A stretch of DNA of 57,672 nt from Candidatus Micrarchaeota archaeon (GCA_018813505.1 JAHJBM010000056.1:1-57672); one strand, 5' to 3'. Shown: positions 34,100-44,259, counted from the first letter of the stretch. Numbers and translations: made by a program. Notes: a model not told the origin generated them from the sequence alone.

Positions 34100-34857
34100 C
34101 TAAAAGGTTCCTTTTGTTCGGTTTTATAGATCCTTCTTAATGCATCTGCCTGCACTTCATGTATCTCATCGCAGCTCTTCTCAACCATATCAAGCATTCT
34201 TGAGATTTCTTCCTTTGTCAGAAGTCCATCCATTTGCACAAGTAATAAATTCTTATCTCTATGTGACATAGCAATTGGCATATCTGACTGGCCTAGGTTG
34301 TCCTCTGGTTTGTTGAGGTCAACCACAAGAGTTTCACTTGCTTTTCCTACTGCCACTGCAGCCACCATATCCTTCATTGGTATTCCGGCATTTGCAAGTG
34401 CAACTGCCGCTGCAGTTAGTGATGCTGTTCGTGTTCCTCCGTCTGCCTGCAACACATCTATGTATATCTCTATTTGTGTGTTTGGGAATTTCCCTAATAA
34501 TAGAACATTTTCCAATGCCTCTCTTATTACCTTTGATAGTTCATTGCTCCTTCTTGATGGTCCGCTTCTGCTATGTTCTTCAAGCGAGGAAAATGGGGAC
34601 ATCATGTACCTACATTTAAGTGTGGCGCCATAAGGACTTGCACCATGTCTTGGTATACATTCCCTTGGTCCATAAACACCACAAACTATTTTGTTGTTAC
34701 CCCATTCAATATAAGAAGATCCATCTGCTTCAGGTATAACTCCTGCTTCTATCCTTATTGCCCTTAATTCATCCAGAGTTCTTCCATCTGTTCTTTTTCC
34801 ATCTATTATAAGTTGTACATCTTTTGTTCCGCCCAAACTAATCACCCACTCCGTCAT
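34093..34857 (-). CDS. rrp41: exosome complex exonuclease Rrp41 (RNase PH)
   Basis: DGRTLDELRAIRIEAGV...ADGSSYIEWGNNKI..GVYGPRE and DGGTRTASLTAA motifs. Confidence 0.92.
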   Translation of the reverse strand: MTEWVISLGGTKDVQLIIDGKRTDGRTLDELRAIRIEAGVIPEADGSSYIEWGNNKIVCGVYGPRECIPRHGASPYGATLKCRYMMSPFSSLEEHSRSGPSRRSNELSKVIREALENVLLLGKFPNTQIEIYIDVLQADGGTRTASLTAAAVALANAGIPMKDMVAAVAVGKASETLVVDLNKPEDNLGQSDMPIAMSHRDKNLLLVQMDGLLTKEEISRMLDMVEKSCDEIHEVQADALRRIYKTEQKEPFRW

Positions 34858-35449
34858 GTTTCAAGAAGTTCGTTATTTCGTCAGTAAGTCCTGACCTGTG
34901 TGCATTTTCCTTTATCATACCTATTGCCTTAAGGATAATGGGCATATTGTTCTTCTCACTTATCCAAACATATCCATTGTTACCTACCATTATGTCGCCG
35001 TTGCCATATTTTTTTAGGACCTCTATCATACTGCTTTTACGGCCTATCAGTCTTGGTATTTTTGATGGTGGATACCTAAGAACCTTACCTATCGGTAATC
35101 TTCTAACTTCGCCCAGATCAACATCTCCAACTTCGTTCACAAGTTTTATCTTGCACAATACAAAGTCCCCTAGCTGCAGGGTTATTCTCACATTCCTTGT
35201 AGGTATAAATCCCGAGTTTGGCAAATTCAGATCAACTTCGTATCCGGCATGCCGTACATCAGTTATTACCCCTACTACTGTGTCCTCAACAACTGGTTTA
35301 TATGGGCTTTCAAGTGCCATATATCTATCAGTGGTATCCAAAGTCCCTATTGCAGTTGCGTAGGTGTCCTTTCCGTCAAAAAACGTGTTGGCAGCATTAA
35401 TTCTACCTTCGGCTATTTTTTCTCCTGGTAAGATAATTCTTTTTTCCAT
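34838..35449 (-). CDS. rrp4: exosome RNA-binding subunit Rrp4 (S1 + KH)
   Basis: ILPGEKIA N-terminus, S1-like core (VVGVITDV....YEVDL), KH-like C-terminus. Operon position before rrp41. Confidence 0.85.
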   Translation of the reverse strand: MEKRIILPGEKIAEGRINAANTFFDGKDTYATAIGTLDTTDRYMALESPYKPVVEDTVVGVITDVRHAGYEVDLNLPNSGFIPTRNVRITLQLGDFVLCKIKLVNEVGDVDLGEVRRLPIGKVLRYPPSKIPRLIGRKSSMIEVLKKYGNGDIMVGNNGYVWISEKNNMPIILKAIGMIKENAHRSGLTDEITNFLKHDGVGD

Positions 35450-35649
35450 TTCAAAACCCCACTAAAAAAGGTTCATTTAACTTATTTTAGTATAATAACA
35501 AATAACCAGAACTAAGTACATTTTCTTCCGGTTGATCTCTCTATCCGTATTATTGTATATTAAAAAGATTTTTATAAGCTTCTTAATGACCATTTTCGCG
35601 TTTTTGGCCTTTTTTATCATCTTTCTTCTTCTTGTTGTACACCATTTCT

Positions 35650-36345
35650 TTATGTTTCTATTATCTTTGTCTCGACCTGGCCGTTTGTCATTTTATTCAC
35701 TTTATCGTAGAACTCACCTTGCATACCTGCAAATATTTCTACCATAACTACAAGATCCCCTTCCTTTGTCCATTGTTCCTGTCTTATCCCATAGCTCTTG
35801 ATAGTTCCATAGCATCTGTGTGCAAACGCTGCGGGTATTTTTACTGCTATTGTCTTTTTCTCAAATTTCATAGGTAAGATCGGTCTCAGTTTCTTTACAA
35901 TCTCTTCTATTTGTTCTCGGGCATCCTTGAAAGGATCAACATGTATACGCGCTTCCTCCAATGCATTTTCTAATCTTATTTGCGTGTGTGGGGCCTTTGT
36001 CCTGGGGTCTATTGCCTCTCTGAGTAATATGGCAATTATCTGTTTTCTCCGTTCTTCAGTCTTTTTTCTTTTTTGTTCTGTGGTAAGTTGTACCTCTCCA
36101 TTTTTAAGTATAAAATCAAGAATTGTATTTACGTCGGATGTGCCGAAAACTGCTTCAACATCTGTGCCCTTTGCCCGTTCTCCTTTTTTTGCATCGGCAT
36201 AAACTTCCTCTGCCACGAGCATGTTTTTTGTATCTGTTTTTCTTTTTTCTAAATATGCGTATGCAGCATCTGGATCGACATAAAGTTCGAATCGTTTTCC
36301 TCCTTTTTCGTATGATGCAATTATTGCCTTATCAAGTGATACCAT
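35650..36345 (-). CDS. SBDS/Sdo1-family ribosome maturation protein
   Basis: N-terminal FYSH pattern AIIASYEKGGKRFELYVDPD.AY. 231 aa. Canonical position upstream of rrp4. Confidence 0.88.
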   Translation of the reverse strand: MVSLDKAIIASYEKGGKRFELYVDPDAAYAYLEKRKTDTKNMLVAEEVYADAKKGERAKGTDVEAVFGTSDVNTILDFILKNGEVQLTTEQKRKKTEERRKQIIAILLREAIDPRTKAPHTQIRLENALEEARIHVDPFKDAREQIEEIVKKLRPILPMKFEKKTIAVKIPAAFAHRCYGTIKSYGIRQEQWTKEGDLVVMVEIFAGMQGEFYDKVNKMTNGQVETKIIET

Positions 36346-36497
36346 AAAATCCGTTATATTTATTCTTCTACAAATCTTATAATGTTTGCTATACTCATAT
36401 CAATATCCAGATATGTTCATTTCCCGCAATAATTCAAAACATTTAAATAAAAAGCAGTCCATAATATTAATTACTAACTATTCTATTAGGTGATCTA

Positions 36498-37427
36498 TTG
36501 GTAGATAAAAATTCATCAAATAGCAGTTCAAACAGTGGCAATGCCCTGAACTCAGTTACTCTAAGTAAGGATACTCTTTACGGTGGTACGATTGTTGTTC
36601 TTGTTGCATTGTTGGTAGTTTCAGTCTTTACTCAGGGTTTCGGGGTTATAAAAACCGAATGCACTGCACAGGATGGAAGCACTACATGTGATGCTGCTGG
36701 AAATAACAATGGAAACGCTGCTGCGGATAATTCTGCACAGGCAGCTTCTGATCAGGGCAATGCTCTTCCTACACTCCAGGAAATTACTCTGGATTTCGGA
36801 AGTTATCCAGCGCGTGGCGATGCAAATGCAGTTGTGTCGATAGTGGAATTCTCAGAATTCCAATGTCCATATTGTGAAAGACTTTATACACAGACAGAAA
36901 AATTGCTTGAATCAAATTATATCGATACGGGAAAAGTCAAGTTTTATTTTAGAGACTATCCACTTCCACCTCAATACCATCCACAGGCCGGACCTGCTGC
37001 AATCGCGGCGAGATGTGCAAATGACCAAGATAAGTTCTGGGAAATGCATGATCAGCTTTTTGATTCGCGTGATGAGTGGAGTGGATCAAGTGATACAGAC
37101 TCGCTTTTCAAAGGATATGCCACAACTCTTGGCATTAGCAGTGCTGAATTCGATGCATGTTATGATGCTCAAGAACACTCTTCTGAAATTTCGGCAGATC
37201 TTGCTGCAGGGCAATTATATGGTGTTGGCGGAACTCCGAACAGTTTCATCATAATACCTAAGAACAAGGTAGATGAAACTACACTCAGATCATTGGTGGA
37301 TTCGATAAATAGTCAATATGGTGGTTCGCTCGAGCTTTACCAGAACGACAATGAATACACTGTGCTGATTCCGGGAGCATATCCATACCAGGTATTCCAG
37401 GCAATACTTGATGAAGTTGATTACTAA
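36498..37427 (+). CDS. membrane-anchored DsbA/thioredoxin-fold thiol:disulfide oxidoreductase
   Basis: TTG start 4 nt after AGGTGA. N-terminal TM GTIVVLVALLVVSVF, low-complexity linker, active site FSEFQCPYCERLY, later GTPNSFII (cis-Pro loop region). Confidence 0.75.
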   Translation: MVDKNSSNSSSNSGNALNSVTLSKDTLYGGTIVVLVALLVVSVFTQGFGVIKTECTAQDGSTTCDAAGNNNGNAAADNSAQAASDQGNALPTLQEITLDFGSYPARGDANAVVSIVEFSEFQCPYCERLYTQTEKLLESNYIDTGKVKFYFRDYPLPPQYHPQAGPAAIAARCANDQDKFWEMHDQLFDSRDEWSGSSDTDSLFKGYATTLGISSAEFDACYDAQEHSSEISADLAAGQLYGVGGTPNSFIIIPKNKVDETTLRSLVDSINSQYGGSLELYQNDNEYTVLIPGAYPYQVFQAILDEVDY

Positions 37428-37503
37428 TCTCTTTTTTTCTTTTATCTTTATTTTATTCCACATCTGTTTTTTCTGCATCTGCACAATACAAAATTATTTA
37501 TCT

Positions 37504-38346
37504 CTAGAAAAGTAGTATCGCTATCAAACCGATCGCTATCAAAACTATTGCTATATATTTGTACAATGGCAGTTTCTCCCCGACTAAAATCCGTGCACTT
37601 ATGGTATTTATTATGGGTGATCCAGCTGATATTGCTGCAGTTAACGCTGCTCCTATGGCTCCAACGGATAGACTGTACAAAACGGTTCCAAAGAAACACA
37701 TGATTCCAGATACAATTGCAAATCCCATTTTGTTAGGTGATTCTATAGAAAGGTCCCTTCCACGCAATAAATGGAATCCAATAACACATACTGCCACCCC
37801 TATCTCAAGCATCATTGTTGTCTGATATGCTCCCATTACAACTACGAATGTCTTTATGAAAGTGTAATAATATGCCCTGCACAAAATCGAGATAAAAAGA
37901 TAGATCATCCATTTTTCAAGTTTGAATTGCATCTTGTCATTTACCGAAAGTAGGATTGCCGCTACAACAATTATTACTGATCCCATCACCTGTCCTGTAG
38001 AAAGTGTTTCGCCTAGCAGCAAAATCCCTCCGGCTACAACGAGTAAAACATACAATTTCGAAACTGGGGAGGTTATGCTTACTTTTCCATATTCTATTGC
38101 TTTGAATGCTGCTATGACTCCTAGTGCTCCTATCACGATTTCGGCAATATAATCAGGTACCAGTTCTAATGGAAGTTCTATCTTAATATTGAGCAGCATT
38201 GCACCTAAGACAAGCAGAGTGATCAGTGTTAGGTACATATATGTTATTGATTTGTGCCGTCCGATGTCAGTTATGGATTTTTTAATAATCGAACTATTAC
38301 ATCCAAATGAAAACAAAGAACCTAAGGCATAAATAAATTCAAACAT
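37504..38346 (-). CDS. EamA/DMT-superfamily transporter
   Basis: About ten TM segments in two similar halves. 280 aa. Confidence 0.7.
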   Translation of the reverse strand: MFEFIYALGSLFSFGCNSSIIKKSITDIGRHKSITYMYLTLITLLVLGAMLLNIKIELPLELVPDYIAEIVIGALGVIAAFKAIEYGKVSITSPVSKLYVLLVVAGGILLLGETLSTGQVMGSVIIVVAAILLSVNDKMQFKLEKWMIYLFISILCRAYYYTFIKTFVVVMGAYQTTMMLEIGVAVCVIGFHLLRGRDLSIESPNKMGFAIVSGIMCFFGTVLYSLSVGAIGAALTAAISAGSPIINTISARILVGEKLPLYKYIAIVLIAIGLIAILLF

Positions 38347-38406
38347 ATTTTGTTATCTCCTCACAATTTATATCATTATACACGTACGCGTTTTTTCTTC
38401 TATTTC

Positions 38407-38949
38407 CTATCTTTCTTTATTCATCAGACCAAAGCTCGTAATTATGAAATGTGCTGGTCCATCCCTTCCGAGTCTGCTTTCCACAAGATTGAAACACGTT
38501 ACTTCAAAACGTCCGAATTCTTTGTCTTTGTATTTTTCAAGGAACGTTTGCATACCCTTGCCCGTCTTGCGTTTCACTCTTGCAATTGTTATGTGTGCTG
38601 AAAAAGTATCTAATTTTCCATAACCATTCAAAGCACTGATGACCTGGGTTGCCAGTTCTTCGAGTTTTCCATTACTTTCAATACCTGCCCATACAACCTT
38701 TACATAATCCTGATTTGGGAAAACGCCGACTCCATTAACTTTACATAAAAATCTGCTGAATTTTATCTCGCCAAGTAGTTTCTCTATCTCAACTACCTGA
38801 TGTTCTTGCATTTCTCCAATAAATTTTAGTGTTGCGTGCATGTTTACAGGTTTTACTGGCGTTATGGTCTCTCCAGAAATTTCTTTTCCAACCCTTACAA
38901 GTCCCTTTTTCATGTTTTCAGGTATAGGTACTTCAACAAAAAGCCTCAT
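38407..38949 (-). CDS. thpR: RNA 2',3'-cyclic phosphodiesterase (2H family, ThpR/LigT)
   Basis: Two HxT/S motifs: MHATLKF and AHITIAR. Confidence 0.85.
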   Translation of the reverse strand: MRLFVEVPIPENMKKGLVRVGKEISGETITPVKPVNMHATLKFIGEMQEHQVVEIEKLLGEIKFSRFLCKVNGVGVFPNQDYVKVVWAGIESNGKLEELATQVISALNGYGKLDTFSAHITIARVKRKTGKGMQTFLEKYKDKEFGRFEVTCFNLVESRLGRDGPAHFIITSFGLMNKER

Positions 38950-38982
38950 AACTTTTAAATGGAGTCTTCAAATTAAAATAAT

Positions 38983-40224
38983 ATGTTTACCGACAAAACA
39001 GCTGAACACGAAATTTTCTTTTGTAGGATGAATTCAACTTCACTCAATTATTCTGGTGGCGACCTTAAAGTCAAGGAAACCGACAGTTCATCCGGCTATG
39101 GTATAAGAGTTTTGAAAGACAAAAAAATCGGGTTTGCATACTGTCAAAAAGAGGGCAAGTTAAATAGCGCAATTTCTGAGGCACAGAATCTTTCACGATT
39201 TTCCGTAAGTTCGTCGTTTTCCTTTGCAGGTAAATCAGAATTCACTATGCCAGACATTGTTGACAAATCTATTGATCCTTTTGATTATGATACGATTCGT
39301 GAATATATTGACCAGGCAAGGGATGGTGCTGAGTCTGCTGGCGGCAAAGCACGCATAATCGCTTCAGTTGGCATCACAGAATTAAAATTGGAGAATACCT
39401 CTGGTTTTTCAGGGAGTTATCAAAAGACTGATTCTTCATTATATACCGAATGTATTCATGGTGACGGATTTGGTATTTCCTATTCTGCATCAAACAAAAA
39501 ACCCAAAGACGTGTATGCTCTTGGGAAAAAAGCAGCAACAATGGCAAAGGATATGCAGAATGCAAAAAAACCAGAAGACGGTAGTTACATTGTATCATTT
39601 GAGCTTGAAACTTTTGACAGTGTTCTTGGTGTGCTATTATCATCATTCTCCGGTGATTGGAAACGAAGGGGAATATCCAAGCTTAAACAAAATGAAAAAA
39701 TGTTTTCTGAAGATTTAACGATAATTGATGATGGGCTTGCCAATGGTACTAGTGCAAGGCCATTTGATGACGAGGGCATTCCGTCAAAAAAGCGCATGCT
39801 TGTGGATCGTGGTCTGGTATGTTCTTTTCTATATGATCGTGAAACTGCAGCACTTGCAGGCGTGGCTGACTATGGCTCATGTTCCAGATCATCATTTGAC
39901 AGTCATCCTTCTATTACATCATCAAACCTCTGCATAAAGCCCGGTACATGCTCTGATCTTAATGAGCTTGACAAATATCTTGAGATCCATTATGCACACG
40001 GTGCGCATACCTCAAATCCTATCAATGGTGATATTGGGCTCGAGGTGAGTGGCGGGTTTTTGGTTGAGCGCGGAAAACGAACTCCTGTAAAAGGTTTCAT
40101 GCTGACTGGTAATGTTTATGATTGGTTTGCCAATATCAAGGCAATTGAAAAGAAAACACAGACGCTTGGGGATCTTATATCGCCAAAAATTGCATTTAAT
40201 AATGTGCGAGTTGTTTCTTCATGA
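38983..40224 (+). CDS. TldD/PmbA-family metalloprotease-like protein
   Basis: GYGIRVLKDKKIGFAY, later GNVYD.F..I and ...P.I.F..V.V pattern at the C-terminus. 413 aa. Confidence 0.75.
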   Translation: MFTDKTAEHEIFFCRMNSTSLNYSGGDLKVKETDSSSGYGIRVLKDKKIGFAYCQKEGKLNSAISEAQNLSRFSVSSSFSFAGKSEFTMPDIVDKSIDPFDYDTIREYIDQARDGAESAGGKARIIASVGITELKLENTSGFSGSYQKTDSSLYTECIHGDGFGISYSASNKKPKDVYALGKKAATMAKDMQNAKKPEDGSYIVSFELETFDSVLGVLLSSFSGDWKRRGISKLKQNEKMFSEDLTIIDDGLANGTSARPFDDEGIPSKKRMLVDRGLVCSFLYDRETAALAGVADYGSCSRSSFDSHPSITSSNLCIKPGTCSDLNELDKYLEIHYAHGAHTSNPINGDIGLEVSGGFLVERGKRTPVKGFMLTGNVYDWFANIKAIEKKTQTLGDLISPKIAFNNVRVVSS

Positions 40225-41162
40225 TAAAATCGGTTCTTACACTCCACAATATTTCAAAATCATTTTCAACCGATGGTCAGCATATAAAAGCTGTTGATTC
40301 TGTTACTCTTAATATCGGAAAAGGTGAGATCTTTGGCCTTCTTGGTCCAAATGGCGCAGGTAAGACAACACTGATTTCGATATTATGTGGCTTTCTTATT
40401 CCTGATACTGGTAGGGCAGAAATTTTCGGAATGGACTGCACAAAACAAAGCCAGAAAATTCATAAACGAATGAATTTTGCATCAGGCTTTAGTGGTATCT
40501 CAGAATTTTTCAATGCAGAAGAACTACTGAATTTTTACTGCATGGTCTATAATCTGGACAACAGAAAAAAGCGCATAGAAACAGCATTAAAACTCACTGG
40601 TCTTTACGAACACAGAAAAAGAAGGCCATCTGATTTTTCATCAGGTCTTGGAAGGCGTTTTCTTATTTCAAAAGCAATCCTCAATGATCCGGAACTTCTG
40701 CTGCTTGATGAACCCACTGTAGGTCTTGATGTAGAGTCTGCAGGAAAACTTCGTTTACTTATAAAAGATATGAAAAAACAAGGCAAGACTATTTTGCTTA
40801 CCACGCACAACATGCGTGAGGCAGAGGAACTTTGTGATCGCATTGGCCTGATCAAAGATGGAAAAATAATTGCATGCGGAAAATTCCAAGATCTGAAAAA
40901 GAAATTCTTTCCTTTTGAGGTTATTGAAGTTTCATGCACAGAACCAAAAAAAATCGAGAAAATCATTTCAAAGATGAAATCAATAGTACGAATTGAAAAA
41001 TCAGAAACAAACCTCAAACTATATATCAATGGTGATAGTGAACTTGCAAAAATATTTGATGCAATTATCAGTTCAAAAGCAGGCATAAGAAGCATGAATA
41101 TGGTCGAACCTGAACTGGAAGATCTTTACACTAAATTAATGCGGGTGAACAAACATGAATGA
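40221..41162 (+). CDS. ABC transporter ATP-binding protein
   Basis: Walker A GPNGAGKTT, signature-like FSSGLGRR, Walker B LLLLDEPTVGLD, H-loop TTHNM. Confidence 0.9.
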   Translation: MIKSVLTLHNISKSFSTDGQHIKAVDSVTLNIGKGEIFGLLGPNGAGKTTLISILCGFLIPDTGRAEIFGMDCTKQSQKIHKRMNFASGFSGISEFFNAEELLNFYCMVYNLDNRKKRIETALKLTGLYEHRKRRPSDFSSGLGRRFLISKAILNDPELLLLDEPTVGLDVESAGKLRLLIKDMKKQGKTILLTTHNMREAEELCDRIGLIKDGKIIACGKFQDLKKKFFPFEVIEVSCTEPKKIEKIISKMKSIVRIEKSETNLKLYINGDSELAKIFDAIISSKAGIRSMNMVEPELEDLYTKLMRVNKHE

Positions 41163-41931
41163 AACTATTCAGCAAATCATGGCTGTTCTTTACAGAAATA
41201 TCATCTGGTCTTACCGCAGTCCATTCAGGCTTGCAGATGTTTTCATTTGGCCGCTTTTGTTATTATTTACATTTACCTTTTTCCTTCTTCTTGTTGGTTA
41301 TGATGTACAATATATTGGCATAATCGTGCTTGCAGTTATTGCATGGAAAGGCATGTTTTTTGTGACATTTGAAATCAGCACTATTTTTGTTGAAGAGCAT
41401 TGGGATGATTCATTGCCAAATCTTCTTGTGTCTCCAATCACCGCATTTACTCTTGCCATGGGTGGAGCAATTACTGGTTTGTTGAAATCGTTACTCGTAC
41501 TCATCATTTGCCTTGCTGTTAGTTTTCTAGCATATGGTTTTGTGCTTACAGATCTATTGACATTTGCCATTGGTATTTTTTTCATATTCCTTTCAAGCTT
41601 TTCAATCGGGTTCGCATTATTTGGGCTGGCGTGCTGTTATGATAAACGAAACATATTTACCTTAGGATTTGTACTTCCAGAAGTTCTTGGTCTGTTGTGC
41701 GGTCCTTATTTCAATGTCGAGCAAGTCTTTCCACAATGGTTTGTTTCCATTGTTAATCTATTTCCAATGACCCATGCATTTAATGTTATCAAATCTGTGT
41801 TTGGGCTTGCACAGCCTGATTATTTTATGCTGATAATAACTACGGTCATTTGGCTTGGGCTTTCGATTGTTATCCATCACACATTTTACGATATGGGAAG
41901 AAGAAAAGGGACTTTGGTTAAGGTTGGGTAG
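41155..41931 (+). CDS. ABC-2-type transporter permease
   Basis: Six TM segments. 8-nt overlap with the ATPase gene. Confidence 0.8.
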   Translation: MNETIQQIMAVLYRNIIWSYRSPFRLADVFIWPLLLLFTFTFFLLLVGYDVQYIGIIVLAVIAWKGMFFVTFEISTIFVEEHWDDSLPNLLVSPITAFTLAMGGAITGLLKSLLVLIICLAVSFLAYGFVLTDLLTFAIGIFFIFLSSFSIGFALFGLACCYDKRNIFTLGFVLPEVLGLLCGPYFNVEQVFPQWFVSIVNLFPMTHAFNVIKSVFGLAQPDYFMLIITTVIWLGLSIVIHHTFYDMGRRKGTLVKVG

Positions 41932-41937
41932 ATAATA

Positions 41938-42375
41938 GTGCAGGATCTAAAAATAAGATTAGTAAAAAACAAAAAAGAACTTGAAAAAGTTTTTAAGATC
42001 AGAATGACTGTTTTTGTTGATGAACAAAAAGTCCCACCTGAGTTGGAATTGGATGAATTTGATATTCTTTCTAAAGCCAAACATGTAATCGCATTATACA
42101 AAGGCAAACCTGCCGGTGCAGCAAGGATTCGTTTTCCTGGAAATAAAGCCAAATTAGAACGGCTGGCGTTACTTAAGAAATATCGTGGAAACGGATTTGG
42201 GAAGATGATCATCGAATATATGGTCAAATATTGTAAAAAGAAAAACCCAAAAGAAATTCTTCTCCATAGTCAATGTTATGCTGAAAAGTTCTATCGCAAA
42301 TGCGGTTTTATTCCAAGAGGAAAAATATTTCTGGATGCCGGAATTAGACATATTGAGATGTATCTCAAATCCTAG
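41938..42375 (+). CDS. GNAT-family N-acetyltransferase
   Basis: KKYRGNGFGKMII motif A. 145 aa. Confidence 0.8.
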   Translation: MQDLKIRLVKNKKELEKVFKIRMTVFVDEQKVPPELELDEFDILSKAKHVIALYKGKPAGAARIRFPGNKAKLERLALLKKYRGNGFGKMIIEYMVKYCKKKNPKEILLHSQCYAEKFYRKCGFIPRGKIFLDAGIRHIEMYLKS

Positions 42376-42379
42376 GTTG

Positions 42380-43393
42380 CTATTTTTTCTCCAAATATTC
42401 CTTTAAAGGATTCAACATCCTTTCTTCAACAATTGAAATCGAATAATGTTTTCCGATAACATTCCCAAATTTTGTTTTCACATCACGTATAAAATTATGA
42501 AGTTCGCGATTATTTCTCACGATAACATCGACTTCAATATCCCAGCTTCCAATGGTTTTGTTGATGAATACGACATCGTCATGTTCACTGCAGTATTGTA
42601 CAAACTCGTTTTCCTTTTCGCTTGTGATATTTCTGAACCCTATGAGAAGTTTGTAATAGTCAAATCCAAGCATTCGCGAATCATACCATGCAGTGTAGCC
42701 AAGTATGAATTTTCGTTCGCTCAGTTTTTTCATGCGATACTGAACAGCATCTGGAGTTAGACCAACTGCATTGGCAATGTTTACTGTTGTTTCGCGTGCA
42801 TTGCCATAAAGCGCTGTAAGTATTTTTCTATCTGTTTCATCAATTTCTTCTGGTGTATCCATTTTCTCTACTGGTAGGGCTGGTCGCCTTTCTGTTTCAA
42901 ATGCTTTGTTCCATGAAAGATATGCATGATATGTGGTAGTGGTAATAGTTTTTTCTGAAATCGTTTCACCAAATTTTGAAAGCACTAGTTCTATAACCTC
43001 CTGCACTTCAAATTCGTCAGCTGCTACAAATCGGAATAAGACATCATATTCGCCTTCGCATATCGTTCCCCACAGTGTTCGCGGGTAATTCTCGAAAAAC
43101 GTTATGAGCTCCTGTTCTGTTTTCTTGTCCATCACATCAAATTTTATGTACATCCTGTATGATTTGAGACCCAGTTTGGCAATGTTTACATCTGCAAAAA
43201 GAAGCATGATTATTCCCGCTTTCTGTAGTTTTGCAAGTCGTCGTTCCACCGATGCACTGCCGAGTTTCATCTTTTTTCCAAGCTGGACAAAGCTCATTCT
43301 TGAATCCAGGTAAATAAGATCAAGCAGCTGTTTGTCTTTTGAGTCGATTTTTATATTGCTGGTATGGGGGAGGGTCTGGCGATTCCTTGCCAT
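42380..43393 (-). CDS. tandem Lrp/AsnC-type transcriptional regulator (two HTH + ligand-domain modules)
   Basis: Two HTH_AsnC-like segments: DSKDKQLLDLI..DSRMSFVQLGKKMKLGSASVERRLAKLQKAGII and DETDRKILTALYGNARETTVNIANAVGLTPDAVQYRMKKL. Confidence 0.7.
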   Translation of the reverse strand: MARNRQTLPHTSNIKIDSKDKQLLDLIYLDSRMSFVQLGKKMKLGSASVERRLAKLQKAGIIMLLFADVNIAKLGLKSYRMYIKFDVMDKKTEQELITFFENYPRTLWGTICEGEYDVLFRFVAADEFEVQEVIELVLSKFGETISEKTITTTTYHAYLSWNKAFETERRPALPVEKMDTPEEIDETDRKILTALYGNARETTVNIANAVGLTPDAVQYRMKKLSERKFILGYTAWYDSRMLGFDYYKLLIGFRNITSEKENEFVQYCSEHDDVVFINKTIGSWDIEVDVIVRNNRELHNFIRDVKTKFGNVIGKHYSISIVEERMLNPLKEYLEKK

Positions 43394-43515
43394 TATTGCA
43401 AATTTACTAATTATCCTTATATATCTTTCGGTTTCTTTGCATTTTTCTTTGAAATGTAATAAATATACTAATTGAGAGTTATAGTTCGGTGATAATGGTG
43501 GTTAGACAAGAGATA

Positions 43516-44259
43516 ATGATGAAACAAAATCGTGAAATGACTTCATTCAGTAGATGCAAATGTGCATTCAGGAAAGCTGCTGTTGTCGGTGCATTGGCGG
43601 TTGCTTCACTAATGCCGTTGAAATCAGCAACTGCTGAGGATGGAAGAAGAAATGAACCAGTACCTGATACTCCAACCGCAGTAGAGGAACCAGAAGAAAG
43701 CGGAAGCGCATGGATGACAGTGCGTCCTGGTTACGTGATTGGGGACAATCAATTGCTGATAAGGGCCGAAGGGGGAGCATCTTCTGTTCATGGCACGCGT
43801 TTCTATGGCTTTGTTGATATACAACCATCAGAGCATGATTCTGCAGCTATCGATTCGTTTTATGGCGAGTTGAGACTTTCACAGGATATATTCCATGGAC
43901 TTGCGATTTACGGTGAACTGAATGCAGGTACTGGCATGGATCCAGTATTTCGTCCTGGTGTTCTGTACAACCTAAGCGCAGGTGGGTGGAACATGCAATT
44001 AAGACTCTCGCCAATAAGCCTTGGTGGGGTACAAGAAGTGCAACTTGCGTTCTACACCAATACAACATTTGCAGGTCGAATTTCCTTTGAAGCACTATTT
44101 GATGTCAACTTCAAGGCAGGGTCAATTTATTACGAAACCGCAACTGATGTGGACATTGGTGCTGGGTTTTCAGTTGGTCTGCAAATTCGCGGGTTTTCTG
44201 TTTTGGAAGATCGAACAACAGATATCCAGCCTCTATTAAGAGTAAGTTTCAGTCATTGA
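43516..44259 (+). CDS. secreted beta-strand-rich protein resembling a small bacterial outer-membrane beta-barrel
   Basis: Signal peptide AAVVGALAVASLMPLKSATA-ED, then alternating hydrophobic/polar strands (FYGFVDI, FYGELRLS, LAIYGELNAG, MQLRLSPI, VQLAFYTN, ISFEALFDV, FSVGLQIRGF, LLRVSFSH). Start uncertain (43489, 43516 or 43537). Confidence 0.55.
   Translation: MMKQNREMTSFSRCKCAFRKAAVVGALAVASLMPLKSATAEDGRRNEPVPDTPTAVEEPEESGSAWMTVRPGYVIGDNQLLIRAEGGASSVHGTRFYGFVDIQPSEHDSAAIDSFYGELRLSQDIFHGLAIYGELNAGTGMDPVFRPGVLYNLSAGGWNMQLRLSPISLGGVQEVQLAFYTNTTFAGRISFEALFDVNFKAGSIYYETATDVDIGAGFSVGLQIRGFSVLEDRTTDIQPLLRVSFSH

Noticed and set aside
35560-35649. 20-codon Lys-rich minus-strand ORF (MVYNKKKKDDKKGQKRENGH) between SBDS and rrp4
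   Set aside because: It is too short and of too low complexity to distinguish from chance. It has no resemblance to small ribosomal proteins such as L41e.
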